From Auanema rhodensis (Eukaryota > Animalia > Nematoda), in contig OZ059898.1 of assembly GCA_964057225.1 (NCBI GenBank), positions 19,902,001-19,966,000 on the forward strand: a DNA stretch of 64,000 nt, read 5' to 3'. A model generated the notes under the pieces. The model had not been told where the DNA came from. It searched no databases and saw only the letters and a list, made by a program, of their open reading frames with translations. This document shows, piece by piece, positions 1 through 12,029 of the stretch. How positions within the stretch are numbered: the first letter of the stretch is position 1; the number at the start of each line of letters is the position of its first letter. A program made the position numbers and the translations under genes.

Positions 1-180
1 GGTGCATTTTTAAGCTAGCGCAAATCTGATAACACAGATCGACGCAGCTTAAAAATCCGCATCGAGTGCACTATACTACATTGAGAAACGCTTGATACAA
101 AAATTAGTTATGATCGTTTGAAAAATGATGCATTAGTGTATTTTGAGTTTCCATGTACATTCAACATTGCTTCCAAAAAC

Positions 181-215
181 ATTTTGACAAAAATTTTTCC
201 GAAAAATTTCAAAAT
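181..215. other. A/T-rich imperfect palindrome in every monomer (example copy)
   Basis: ATTTTGA-caaa-AATTTTTC-c-GAAAAATT-TCAAAAT. Confidence 0.8.
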
Positions 216-317
216 AATTTCGCAAAAAGTAGATGTTTTTAGATTTTTTTTTTCAAGGCAAAGACGATGGACAAGGTTATTCAACGAAAAAATTGATTCT
301 TCAGGGTGAAAATCGAG

Positions 318-339
318 GATATAAGTGTGAACTTATATC
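318..339. other. Perfect 9-bp inverted repeat with 4-nt loop in most monomers (example copy)
   Basis: GATATAAGT-GTGA-ACTTATATC. Confidence 0.9.
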
Positions 340-698
340 AGTTGATATCTCGGTGCATTTTTCAGCTAGCGCAAATCTGATAACACAGATCGACGCAGCT
401 TAAAAATCCGCATCGAATGCACTATACTACATTGAGAAACGCTTGATACAAAAATTAGTTATGATTGTTTGAAAAATGATGCATTAGTGTATTTTGAGTT
501 TCCATGTACACTCAACATTGCTTCCAAAACATTTTGACAAAAATTTTTTCGAAAAATTTCAAAATAATTTAGCAAAAAGTAGCTGTTTTTAGATTCCTTT
601 TTTCAAGGCAAAAACGATGGACAATGTTATTCAACGAAAAAATTAATTCTTCAGGGTGAAAATCGAGGATATAAGTGTGAACTTATATCAGTTGATAT

Positions 699-767
699 CT
701 CGGTGCATTTTTAAGCTAGCGCAAATCTGATAACACAGATCGACGCAGCTTAAAAATCCGCATCGAG
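699..767. other. Long imperfect inverted repeat present in every monomer (example copy)
   Basis: CTCGGTGC(699-706) pairs with GCATCGAG(760-767) with one G.T. ATTTTTAAGCT(707-717) pairs perfectly with AGCTTAAAAAT(747-757). GCG pairs with CGC, and ATCTG(725-729) with CAGAT(736-740). The loop is ATAACA. Confidence 0.85.
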
Positions 768-3700
768 TGCACTATACTACATTGAGAAACGCTTGATACA
801 AAAATTAGTTATGATCGTTTGAAAAATGATGCATTAGTGTATTTTGAGTTTCCATGTACATTCAACATTGCTTCCAAAAACATTTTGACAAAAATTTTTC
901 CGAAAAATTTCAAAATAATTTCGCAAAAAGTAGATGTTTTTAGATTTTTTTTTTCAAGGCAAAGACGATGGACAAGGTTATTCAACGAAAAAATTGATTC
1001 TTCAGGGTGAAAATCGAGGATATAAGTGTGAACTTATATCAGTTGATATCTCGGTGCATTTTTCAGCTAGCGCAAATCTGATAACACAGATCGACGCAGC
1101 TTAAAAATCCGCATCGAATGCACTATACTACATTGAGAAACGCTTGATACAAAAATTAGTTATGATCGTTTGAAAAATGATGCATTAGTGTATTTTGAGT
1201 TTCCATGTACACTCAACATTGCTTCCAAAAACATTTTGACAAAAATTTTTCCGAAAAATTTCAAAATAATTTCGCAAAAAGTAGATGTTTAAAAATTTTT
1301 TTTCAAGGCAAAGACGATGGACAATGTTATTCAACGAAAAAATTAATTCTTCAGGGTGAAAATCGAGGATATAAGTGTGAACTTATATCAGTTGATATCT
1401 CGGTGCATTTTTAAGCTAGCGCAAATCTGATAACACAGATCGACGCAGCTTAAAAATCCGCATCGAGTGCACTATACTACATTGAGAAACGCTTGATACA
1501 AAAATTAGTTATGATCGTTTGAAAAATGATGCATTAGTGTATTTTGAGTTTCCATGTACATTCAACATTGCTTCCAAAAACATTTTGACAAAAATTTTTC
1601 CGAAAAATTTCAAAATAATTTCGCAAAAAGTAGATGTTTTTAGATTTTTTTTTTCAAGGCAAAGACGATGGACAAGGTTATTCAACGAAAAAATTGATTC
1701 TTCAGGGTGAAAATCGAGGATATAAGTGTGAACTTATATCAGTTGATATCTCGGTGCATTTTTCAGCTAGCGCAAATCTGATAACACAGATCGACGCAGC
1801 TTAAAAATCCGCATCGAATGCACTATACTACATTGAGAAACGCTTGATACAAAAATTAGTTATGATTGTTTGAAAAATGATGCATTAGTGTATTTTGAGT
1901 TTCCATGTACACTCAACATTGCTTCCAAAACATTTTGACAAAAATTTTTTCGAAAAATTTCAAAATAATTTAGCAAAAAGTAGCTGTTTTTAGATTCCTT
2001 TTTTCAAGGCAAAAACGATGGACAATGTTATTCAACGAAAAAATTAATTCTTCAGGGTGAAAATCGAGGATATAAGTGTGAACTTATATCAGTTGATATC
2101 TCGGTGCATTTTTAAGCTAGCGCAAATCTGATAACACAGATCGACGCAGCTTAAAAATCCGCATCGAATGCACTATACTACATTGAGAAACGCTTGATAC
2201 AAAAATTAGTTATGATCGTTTGAAAAATGATGCATTAGTGTATTTTGAGTTTCCATGTACACTCAACATTGCTTCCAAAAACATTTTGACAAAAATTTTT
2301 CCGAAAAATTTCAAAATAATTTCGCAAAAAGTAGATGGTTTTAGATTTTTTTTTTCAAGGCAAAGACGATGGACAAGGTTATTCAACGAAAAAATTAATT
2401 CTTCAGGGTGAAAATCGAGGATATAAGTGTGAACTTATATCAGTTGATATCTCGGTGCATTTTCAAGCTAGCGCAAATCTAATAACACAGATCGACGCAG
2501 CTTAAAAATCCGCATCGAATGCACTATACTAAATTGAGAAACGCTTGATACAAAAATTAGTTATGACCGTTTGAAAAATGATGCATTAGTGTATTTTGAG
2601 TTTCCATGTACACTCAACATTGCTTCCAAAAACATTTTGACAAAAATTTTTTCGAAAAATTTCAGAATAATTTCGCAAAAAGTAAATATTTTTAGATTTC
2701 TTTTTTCAAGGCAAAGACGATGGACAATGTTATTCAACGAAAAAATTAATTCTTCAGGGTGAAAATCGAGGATATAAGTGTGAACTTATATCAGTTGATA
2801 TCTCGGTGCATTTTTAAGCTAGCGCAAATCTGATAACACAGATCGACGCAGCTTAAAAATCCGCATCGAGTGCACTATACTACATTGAGAAACGCTTGAT
2901 ACAAAAATTAGTTATGATCGTTTGAAAAATGATGCATTAGTGTATTTTGAGTTTCCATGTACATTCAACATTGCTTCCAAAAACATTTTGACAAAAATTT
3001 TTCCGAAAAATTTCAAAATAATTTCGCAAAAAGTAGATGTTTTTAGATTTTTTTTTTCAAGGCAAAGACGATGGACAAGGTTATTCAACGAAAAAATTGA
3101 TTCTTCAGGGTGAAAATCGAGGATATAAGTGTGAACTTATATCAGTTGATATCTCGGTGCATTTTTCAGCTAGCGCAAATCTGATAACACAGATCGACGC
3201 AGCTTAAAAATCCGCATCGAATGCACTATACTACATTGAGAAACGCTTGATACAAAAATTAGTTATGATCGTTTGAAAAATGATGCATTAGTGTATTTTG
3301 AGTTTCCATGTACACTCAACATTGCTTCCAAAAACATTTTGACAAAAATTTTTCCGAAAAATTTCAAAATAATTTCGCAAAAAGTAGATGTTTAAAAATT
3401 TTTTTTCAAGGCAAAGACGATGGACAATGTTATTCAACGAAAAAATTAATTCTTCAGGGTGAAAATCGAGGATATAAGTGTGAACTTATATCAGTTGATA
3501 TCTCGGTGCATTTTTAAGCTAGCGCAAATCTGATAACACAGATCGACGCAGCTTAAAAATCCGCATCGAGTGCACTATACTACATTGAGAAACGCTTGAT
3601 ACAAAAATTAGTTATGATCGTTTGAAAAATGATGCATTAGTGTATTTTGAGTTTCCATGTACATTCAACATTGCTTCCAAAAACATTTTGACAAAAATTT

Positions 3701-6700
3701 TTCCGAAAAATTTCAAAATAATTTCGCAAAAAGTAGATGTTTTTAGATTTTTTTTTTCAAGGCAAAGACGATGGACAAGGTTATTCAACGAAAAAATTGA
3801 TTCTTCAGGGTGAAAATCGAGGATATAAGTGTGAACTTATATCAGTTGATATCTCGGTGCATTTTTCAGCTAGCGCAAATCTGATAACACAGATCGACGC
3901 AGCTTAAAAATCCGCATCGAGTGCACTATACTACATTGAGAAACGCTTGATACAAAAATTAGTTATGATCGTTTGAAAAATGATGCATTAGTGTATTTTG
4001 AGTTTCCATGTACATTCAACATTGCTTCCAAAAACATTTTGACAAAAATTTTTCCGAAAAATTTCAAAATAATTTCGCAAAAAGTAGATGTTTTTAGATT
4101 TTTTTTTTCAAGGCAAAGACGATGGACAAGGTTATTCAACGAAAAAATTAATTCTTCAGGGTGAAAATCGAGGATATAAGTGTGAACTTATATCAGTTGA
4201 TATCTCGGTGCATTTTTAAGCTAGCGCAAATCTGATAACACAGATCGACGCAGCTTAAAAATCCGCATCGAGTGCACTATACTACATTGAGAAACGCTTG
4301 ATACAAAAATTAGTTATGATCGTTTGAAAAATGATGCATTAGTGTATTTTGAGTTTCCATGTACACTCAACATTGCTTCCAAAAACATTTTGACAAAAAT
4401 TTTTCCGAAAAATTTCAAAATAATTTCGCAAAAAGTAGATGTTTTTAGATTTTTTTTTCAGGGCAAAGACGATGGACAAGGTTATTCAACGAAAAAATTA
4501 ATTCTTCAGGGTGAAAATCGAGGATATAAGTGTGAACTTATATCAGTTGATATCTCGGTGCATTTTTAAGCTAGCGCAAATCTGATAACACAGATCGACG
4601 CAGCTTAAAAATCCGCATCGAGTGCACTATACTACATTAAGAAACGCTTGATACAAAAATTAGTTATGATCGTTTGAAAAATGATGCATTAGTGTATTTT
4701 GAGTTTCCATGTACATTCAACATTGCTTCCAAAAACATTTTGACAAAAATTTTTCCGAAAAATTTCAAAATAATTTCGCAAAAAGTAGATGTTTTTAGAT
4801 TTTTTTTTTCAAGGCAAAGACGATGGACAAGGTTATTCAACGAAAAAATTGATTCTTCAGGGTGAAAATCGAGGATATAAGTGTGAACTTATATCAGTTG
4901 ATATCTCGGTGCATTTTTCAGCTAGCGCAAATCTGATAACACAGATCGACGCAGCTTAAAAATCCGCATCGAATGCACTATACTACATTGAGAAACGCTT
5001 GATACAAAAATTAGTTATGATCGTTTGAAAAATGATGCATTAGTGTATTTTGAGTTTCCATGTACACTCAACATTGCTTCCAAAAACATTTTGACAAAAA
5101 TTTTTCCGAATAATTTCAAAATAATTTCGCAAAAAGTAGATGTTTTTAGATTTTTTTTTTCAAGGCAAAGACGATGGACAATGTTATTCAACGAAAAAAT
5201 TAATTCTTCAGGGTGAAAATCGAGGATATAAGTGTGAACTTATATCAGTTGATATCTCGGTGCATTTTTAAGCTAGCGCAAATCTGATAACACAGATCGA
5301 CGCAGCTTAAAAATCCGCATCAAATGCACTATACTACATTGAGAAACGCTTGATACAAAAATTAGTTATGATCGTTTGAAAAATGATGCATTAGTGTATT
5401 TTGAGTTTCCATGTACACTCAACATTGCTTCCAAAAACATTTTGACAAAAATTTTTCCGAATAATTTCAAAATAATTTTGCAAAAAGTAGATGTTTTTAG
5501 ATTTTTTTTTTCAAGGCAAAGACGATGGACAAGGTTATTCAACGAAAAAATTAATTCTTCAGGGTGAAAATCGAGGATATAAGTGTGAACTTATATCAGT
5601 TGATATCTCGGTGCATTTTTAAGCTAGCGCAAATCTGATAACACAGATCGACGCAGCTTAAAAATCCGCATCGAGTGCACTATACTACATTGAGAAACGC
5701 TTGATACAAAAATTAGTTATGATCGTTTGAAAAATGATGCATTAGTGTATTTTGAGTTTCCATGTACACTCAACATTGCTTCCAAAAACATTTTGACAAA
5801 AATTTTTCCGAAAAATTTCAAAATAATTTCGCAAAAAGTAGATGTTTTTAGATTTTTTTTTTCAAGGCAAAGACGATGGACAAGGTTATTCAACGAAAAA
5901 ATTAATTCTTCAGGGTGAAAATCGAGGATATAAGTGTGAACTTATATCAGTTGATATCTCGGTGCATTTTTAAGCTAGCGCAAATCTGATAACACAGATC
6001 GACGCAGCTTAAAAATCCGCATCGAGTGCACTATACTACATTGAGAAACGCTTGATACAAAAATTAGTTATGATCGTTTGAAAAATGATGCATTAGTGTA
6101 TTTTGAGTTTCCATGTACACTCAACATTGCTTCCAAAAACATTTTGACAAAAATTTTTCCGAAAAATTTCAAAATAATTTCGCAAAAAGTAGATGTTTTT
6201 AGATTTTTTTTTCAGGGCAAAGACGATGGACAAGGTTATTCAACGAAAAAATTAATTCTTCAGGGTGAAAATCGAGGATATAAGTGTGAACTTATATCAG
6301 TTGATATCTCGGTGCATTTTTAAGCTAGCGCAAATCTGATAACACAGATCGACGCAGCTTAAAAATCCGCATCGAGTGCACTATACTACATTAAGAAACG
6401 CTTGATACAAAAATTAGTTATGATCGTTTGAAAAATGATGCATTAGTGTATTTTGAGTTTCCATGTACATTCAACATTGCTTCCAAAAACATTTTGACAA
6501 AAATTTTTCCGAAAAATTTCAAAATAATTTCGCAAAAAGTAGATGTTTTTAGATTTTTTTTTTCAAGGCAAAGACGATGGACAAGGTTATTCAACGAAAA
6601 AATTGATTCTTCAGGGTGAAAATCGAGGATATAAGTGTGAACTTATATCAGTTGATATCTCGGTGCATTTTTCAGCTAGCGCAAATCTGATAACACAGAT

Positions 6701-8179
6701 CGACGCAGCTTAAAAATCCGCATCGAATGCACTATACTACATTGAGAAACGCTTGATACAAAAATTAGTTATGATCGTTTGAAAAATGATGCATTAGTGT
6801 ATTTTGAGTTTCCATGTACACTCAACATTGCTTCCAAAAACATTTTGACAAAAATTTTTCCGAATAATTTCAAAATAATTTCGCAAAAAGTAGATGTTTT
6901 TAGATTTTTTTTTTCAAGGCAAAGACGATGGACAATGTTATTCAACGAAAAAATTAATTCTTCAGGGTGAAAATCGAGGATATAAGTGTGAACTTATATC
7001 AGTTGATATCTCGGTGCATTTTTAAGCTAGCGCAAATCTGATAACACAGATCGACGCAGCTTAAAAATCCGCATCAAATGCACTATACTACATTGAGAAA
7101 CGCTTGATACAAAAATTAGTTATGATCGTTTGAAAAATGATGCATTAGTGTATTTTGAGTTTCCATGTACATTCAACATTGCTTCCAAAAACATTTTGAC
7201 AAAAATTTTTCCGAAAAATTTCAAAATAATTTCGCAAAAAGTAGATGTTTTTAGATTTTTTTTTCAAGGCAAAGACGATGGACAAGGTTATTCAACGAAA
7301 AAATTGATTCTTCAGGGTGAAAATCGAGGATATAAGTGTGAACTTATATCAGTTGATATCTCGGTGCATTTTTCAGCTAGCGCAAATCTGATAACACAGA
7401 TCGACGCAGCTTAAAAATCCGCATCAAATGCACTATACTACATTGAGAAACGCTTGATACAAAAATTAGTTATGATCGTTTGAAAAATGATGCATTAGTG
7501 TATTTTGAGTTTCCATGTACATTCAACATTGCTTCCAAAAACATTTTGACAAAAATTTTTCCGAAAAATTTCAAAATAATTTCGCAAAAAGTAGATGTTT
7601 TTAGATTTTTTTTTCAAGGCAAAGACGATGGACAAGGTTATTCAACGAAAAAATTGATTCTTCAGGGTGAAAATCGAGGATATAAGTGTGAACTTATATC
7701 AGTTGATATCTCGGTGCATTTTTCAGCTAGCGCAAATCTGATAACACAGATCGACGCAGCTTAAAAATCCGCATCAAATGCACTATACTACATTGAGAAA
7801 CGCTTGATACAAAAATTAGTTATGATCGTTTGAAAAATGATGCATTAGTGTATTTTGAGTTTCCATGTACATTCAACATTGCTTCCAAAAACATTTTGAC
7901 AAAAATTTTTCCGAAAAATTTCAAAATAATTTCGCAAAAAGTAGATGTTTTTAGATTTTTTTTTCAAGGCAAAGACGATGGACAAGGTTATTCAACGAAA
8001 AAATTGATTCTTCAGGGTGAAAATCGAGGATATAAGTGTGAACTTATATCAGTTGATATCTCGGTGCATTTTTCAGCTAGCGCGAATCTGATAACACAGA
8101 TCGACGCAGCTTAAAAATCCGCATCGAATGCACTATACTACATTGAGAAACGCTTGATACAAAAATTAGTTATGATCGT

Positions 8180-11100
8180 TTGAAAAATGATGCATTAGTG
8201 TATTTTGAGTTTCCATGTACACTCAACATTGCTTCCAAAAACATTTTGACAAAAATTTTTCCGAAAAATTTCAAAATAATTTCGCAAAAAGTAGATGTTT
8301 TTAGATTTCTTTTTTCAAGGCAAAGACGATGGACGATGTTATTCAACAAAAAAATTATATCTTCAGGGTGAAAATCGAGGATATAAGTGTGAACTTATAT
8401 CAGTTGATATCTCGGTGCATTTTTCAGCTAGCGCAAATCTGATAACACAGATCGACGCAGCTTAAAAATCCGCATCGAATGCACTATACTACATTGAGAA
8501 ACGCTTGATACAAAAATTAGTTATGATCGTTTGAAAATGATGCATTAGTGTATTTTGAGTTTCCATGTACACTCAACATTGCTTCCAAAACATTTTGACA
8601 AAAATTTTTTCGAAAAATTTCAAAATAATTTAGTAAAAAGTAGATGTTTTTAGATTTCTTTTTTCAAGGCAAAGACGATGGACGATGTTATTCAACAAAA
8701 AAATTATATCTTCAGGGTGAAAATCGAGGATATAAGTGTGAACTTATATCAGTTGATATCTCGGTGCATTTTTAAGCTACCGCAAATCTGATAACACAGA
8801 TCGACGCAGCTTAAAAATCCGCATCGAATACACTATACTACATTGAGAAACGCTTGATACAAAAATTAGTTATGATCGTTTGAAAAATGATGCATTAGTG
8901 TATGTTGAGTTTCCATGTACACTCAACATTGCTTCCAAAAACATTTTGACAAAAATTTTTCCGAAAAATTTCAAAATAATTTAGCAAAAAGTAGATGTTT
9001 TTAGATTTCTTTTTTTAAGGCAAAGACGATGGACGATGTTATTCAACAAAAAAATTAATTCTTCAGGGTGAAAATCGAGGATATAAGTGTGAACTTATAT
9101 CAGTTGATATCTCGGTGCATTTAAAAGCTAGCGCAAATCTGATAACACAGATCGACGCAGCTTAAAAATCCGCATCGAATACACTATACTACATTGAGAA
9201 ACGCTTGATACAAAAATTAGTTATGATCGTTTGAAAAATGATGCATTAGTGTATGTTGAGTTTCCATGTACACTCAACATTGCTTCCAAAAACATTTTGA
9301 CAAAAATTTTTCCGAAAAATTTCAAAATAATTTAGCAAAAAGTAGATGTTTTTAGATTTCTTTTTTCAAGGCAAAGACGATGGACGATGTTATTCAACAA
9401 AAAAATTAATTCTTCAGGGTGAAAATCGAGGATATAAGTGTGAACTTATATCAGTTGATATCTCGGTGCATTTTTAAGCTAGCGCAAATCTGATAACACA
9501 GATCGACGCAGCTTAAAAATCCGCATCGAATGCACTATACTACATTGAGAAACGCTTGATACAAAAATTAGTTATGATCGTTTGAAAATGATGCATTAGT
9601 GTATTTTGAGTTTCCATGTACACTCAACATTGCTTCCAAAACATTTTGACAAAAATTTTTTCGAAAAATTTCAAAATAATTTAGTAAAAAGTAGCTGTTT
9701 TTAGATTTCTTTTTTCAAGGCAAAAACGATGGACAATGTTATTCAACAAAAAAATTAATTCTTCAGGGTGAAAATCGAGGATATAAGTGTGAACTTATAT
9801 CAGTTGATATCTCGGTGCATTTCAAAGCTAGCGCAAATCTGATAACACAGATCGACGCAGCTTAAAAATCCGCATCGAATGCACTATACTACTTTGAGAA
9901 ACGCTTAATACAAAAATTAGTTATGATCGTTTGAAAAATGATGCATTAGTGTATGTTGAGTTCCCATGTACACTCAACATTGCTTCTAAAAACATTTTGA
10001 CAAAAATTTTCCCGAAAAATTTCAGAATAATTTAGCAAAAAGTAGATGTTTTTAGATTTCTTTTTTCAAGGCAAAGACGATGGACGATGTTATTCAACAA
10101 AAAAATTAATTCTTCAGGGTGAAAATCGAGGATATAAGTGTGAACTTATATCAGTTGATATCTCGGTGCATTTTTAAGCTAGCGCAAATCTGATAACACA
10201 GATCGACGCAGCTTAAAAATCCGCATCGAATGCACTATACTACATTGAGAAACGCTTGATACAAAAATTAGTTATGATCGTTTGAAAATGATGCATTAGT
10301 GTATGTTGAGTTTCCATGTACACTCAACATTGCTTCCAAAAACATTTTGACAAAAATTTTTCCGAAAAATTTCAAAATAATTTAGCAAAAAGTAGATGTT
10401 TTTAGATTTCTTTTTTCAAGGCAAAGACGATGGACGATGTTATTCAACAAAAAAATTAATTCTTCAGGGTGAAAATCGAGGATATAAGTGTGAACTTATA
10501 TCAGTTGATATCTCGGTGCATTTAAAAGCTAGCGCAAATCTGATAACACAGATCGACGCAGCTTAAAAATCCGCATCGAATGCACTATACTACATTGAGA
10601 AACGCTTGATACAAAAATTAGTTATGATCGTTTGAAAATGATGCATTAGTGTATTTTGAGTTTCCATGTACACTCAACATTGCTTCCAAAACATTTTGAC
10701 AAAAATTTTTTCGAAAAATTTCAAAATAATTTAGTAAAAAGTAGCTGTTTTTAGATTCCTTTTTTCAAGGCAAAAACGATGGACAATGTTATTCAACAAA
10801 AAAATTAATTCTTCAGGGTGAAAATCGAGGATATAAGTGTGAACTTATATCAGTTGATATCTCGGTGCATTTTTAAGCTAGCGCAAATCTGATAACACAG
10901 ATCGACGCAGCTTAAAAATCCGCATCGAATGCACTATACTACATTGAGAAACGCTTGATACAAAAATTAGTTATGATCGTTTGAAAATGATGCATTAGTG
11001 TATTTTGAGTTTCCATGTACACTCAACATTGCTTCCAAAACATTTTGACAACAATTTTTTCGAAAAATTTCAAAATAATTTAGCGAAAAGTAGCTGTTTT

Positions 11101-12029
11101 TAGATTCCTTTTTTCAAGGCAAAAACGATGGACAATGTTATTCAACAAAAAAATTATATCTTCAGGGTGAAAATCGAGGATATAAGTGTGAACTTATATC
11201 AGTTGATATCTCGGTGCATTTTTAAGCTACCGCAAATCTGATAACACAGATCGACGCAGCTTAAAAATCCGCATCGAATACACTATACTACATTGAGAAA
11301 CGCTTGATACAAAAATTAGTTATGATCGTTTGAAAAATGATGCATTAGTGTATGTTGAGTTTCCATGTACACTCAACATTGCTTCCAAAAACATTTTGAC
11401 AAAAATTTTTCCGAAAAATTTCAAAATAATTTAGCAAAAAGTAGATGTTTTTAGATTTCTTTTTTCAAGGCAAAGACGATGGACGATGTTATTCAACAAA
11501 AAAATTAATTCTTCAGGGGGAAAATCGAGGATATAAGTGTGAACTTATATCAGTTGATATCTCGGTGCATTTAAAAGCTAGCGCAAATCTGATAACACAG
11601 ATCGACGCAGCTTAAAAATCCGCATCGAATGCACTATACTACATTGAGAAACGCTTGATACAAAAATTAGTTATGATCGTTTGAAAATGATGCATTAGTG
11701 TATTTTGAGTTTCCATGTACACTCAACATTGCTTCCAAAACATTTTGACAAAAATTTTTTCGAAAAATTTCAAAATAATTTAGTAAAAAGTAGCTGTTTT
11801 TAGATTCCTTTTTTCAAGGCAAAAACGATGGACAATGTTATTCAACAAAAAAATTAATTCTTCAGGGTGAAAATCGAGGATATAAGTGTGAACTTATATC
11901 AGTTGATATCTCGGTGCATTTTTCAGCTAGCGCAAATCTGATAACACAGATCGACGCAGCTTAAAAATCCGCATCGAATGCACTATACTACATTGAGAAA
12001 CGCTTGATACAAAAATTAGTTATGATCGT
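8180..12029. repeat. Island of 11 more divergent monomers
   Basis: Variants cluster here: TTTAGC/TTTAGT, GACGATGTT, CAACAAAA, TATGTTGAG, TTTCTTTT/TTCCTTTT, TTAAAAGCT, GAATACAC and TTGAAAATG (1-bp deletion). The ORF track also has a gap from 8371 to 12030. Confidence 0.85.

Larger units (their letters stand above)
118..468. repeat. Representative 351-bp monomer (arbitrary phase)
   Basis: The next copy starts at 469. It carries near-constant NsiI (ATGCAT), BsrGI (TGTACA), EcoRV (GATATC) and NheI (GCTAGC) sites, many A/T tracts and a T9-T11 run. Confidence 0.97.

Noticed and set aside
250-320. Hammerhead ribozyme (known in some satellites): the minus strand has CTGAAGA (plus TCTTCAG, 298-304) and the plus strand has CTGATAA...GAAAC
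   Set aside because: On the minus strand no GAAA follows a plausible stem II, and stems I and III cannot be built. On the plus strand CTGATAA lacks the conserved G of CUGANGA. An Infernal/Rfam search on a dimer would settle it.
318-362. Rho-independent terminator
   Set aside because: The stem is AT-rich and not directly followed by a U-tract, no gene lies upstream, and the context looks like eukaryotic satellite.
318-369. Helitron 3' end (hairpin followed by CTAG)
   Set aside because: The hairpin is AT-rich and 17-26 bp from CTAG, CTAG is followed by C rather than T, and no 5' end or flanking context is visible. Too weak to call.
118-468. CENP-B box (TTCG....A..CGGG)
   Set aside because: I found no match on either strand. 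TTCG and CGGG occur, but not at the required spacing.
118-468. 5S rDNA, tRNA, snRNA or spliced-leader tandem gene unit
   Set aside because: The unit length is compatible, but I recognise no 5S, tRNA or SL sequence and no convincing Pol III A/B/C boxes, and GC is low.
118-468. Assignment to a named ~350-360 bp satellite (e.g. the Drosophila 1.688 family)
   Set aside because: Only length and AT-richness are similar. The sequence does not match what I recall, and a database search is required.
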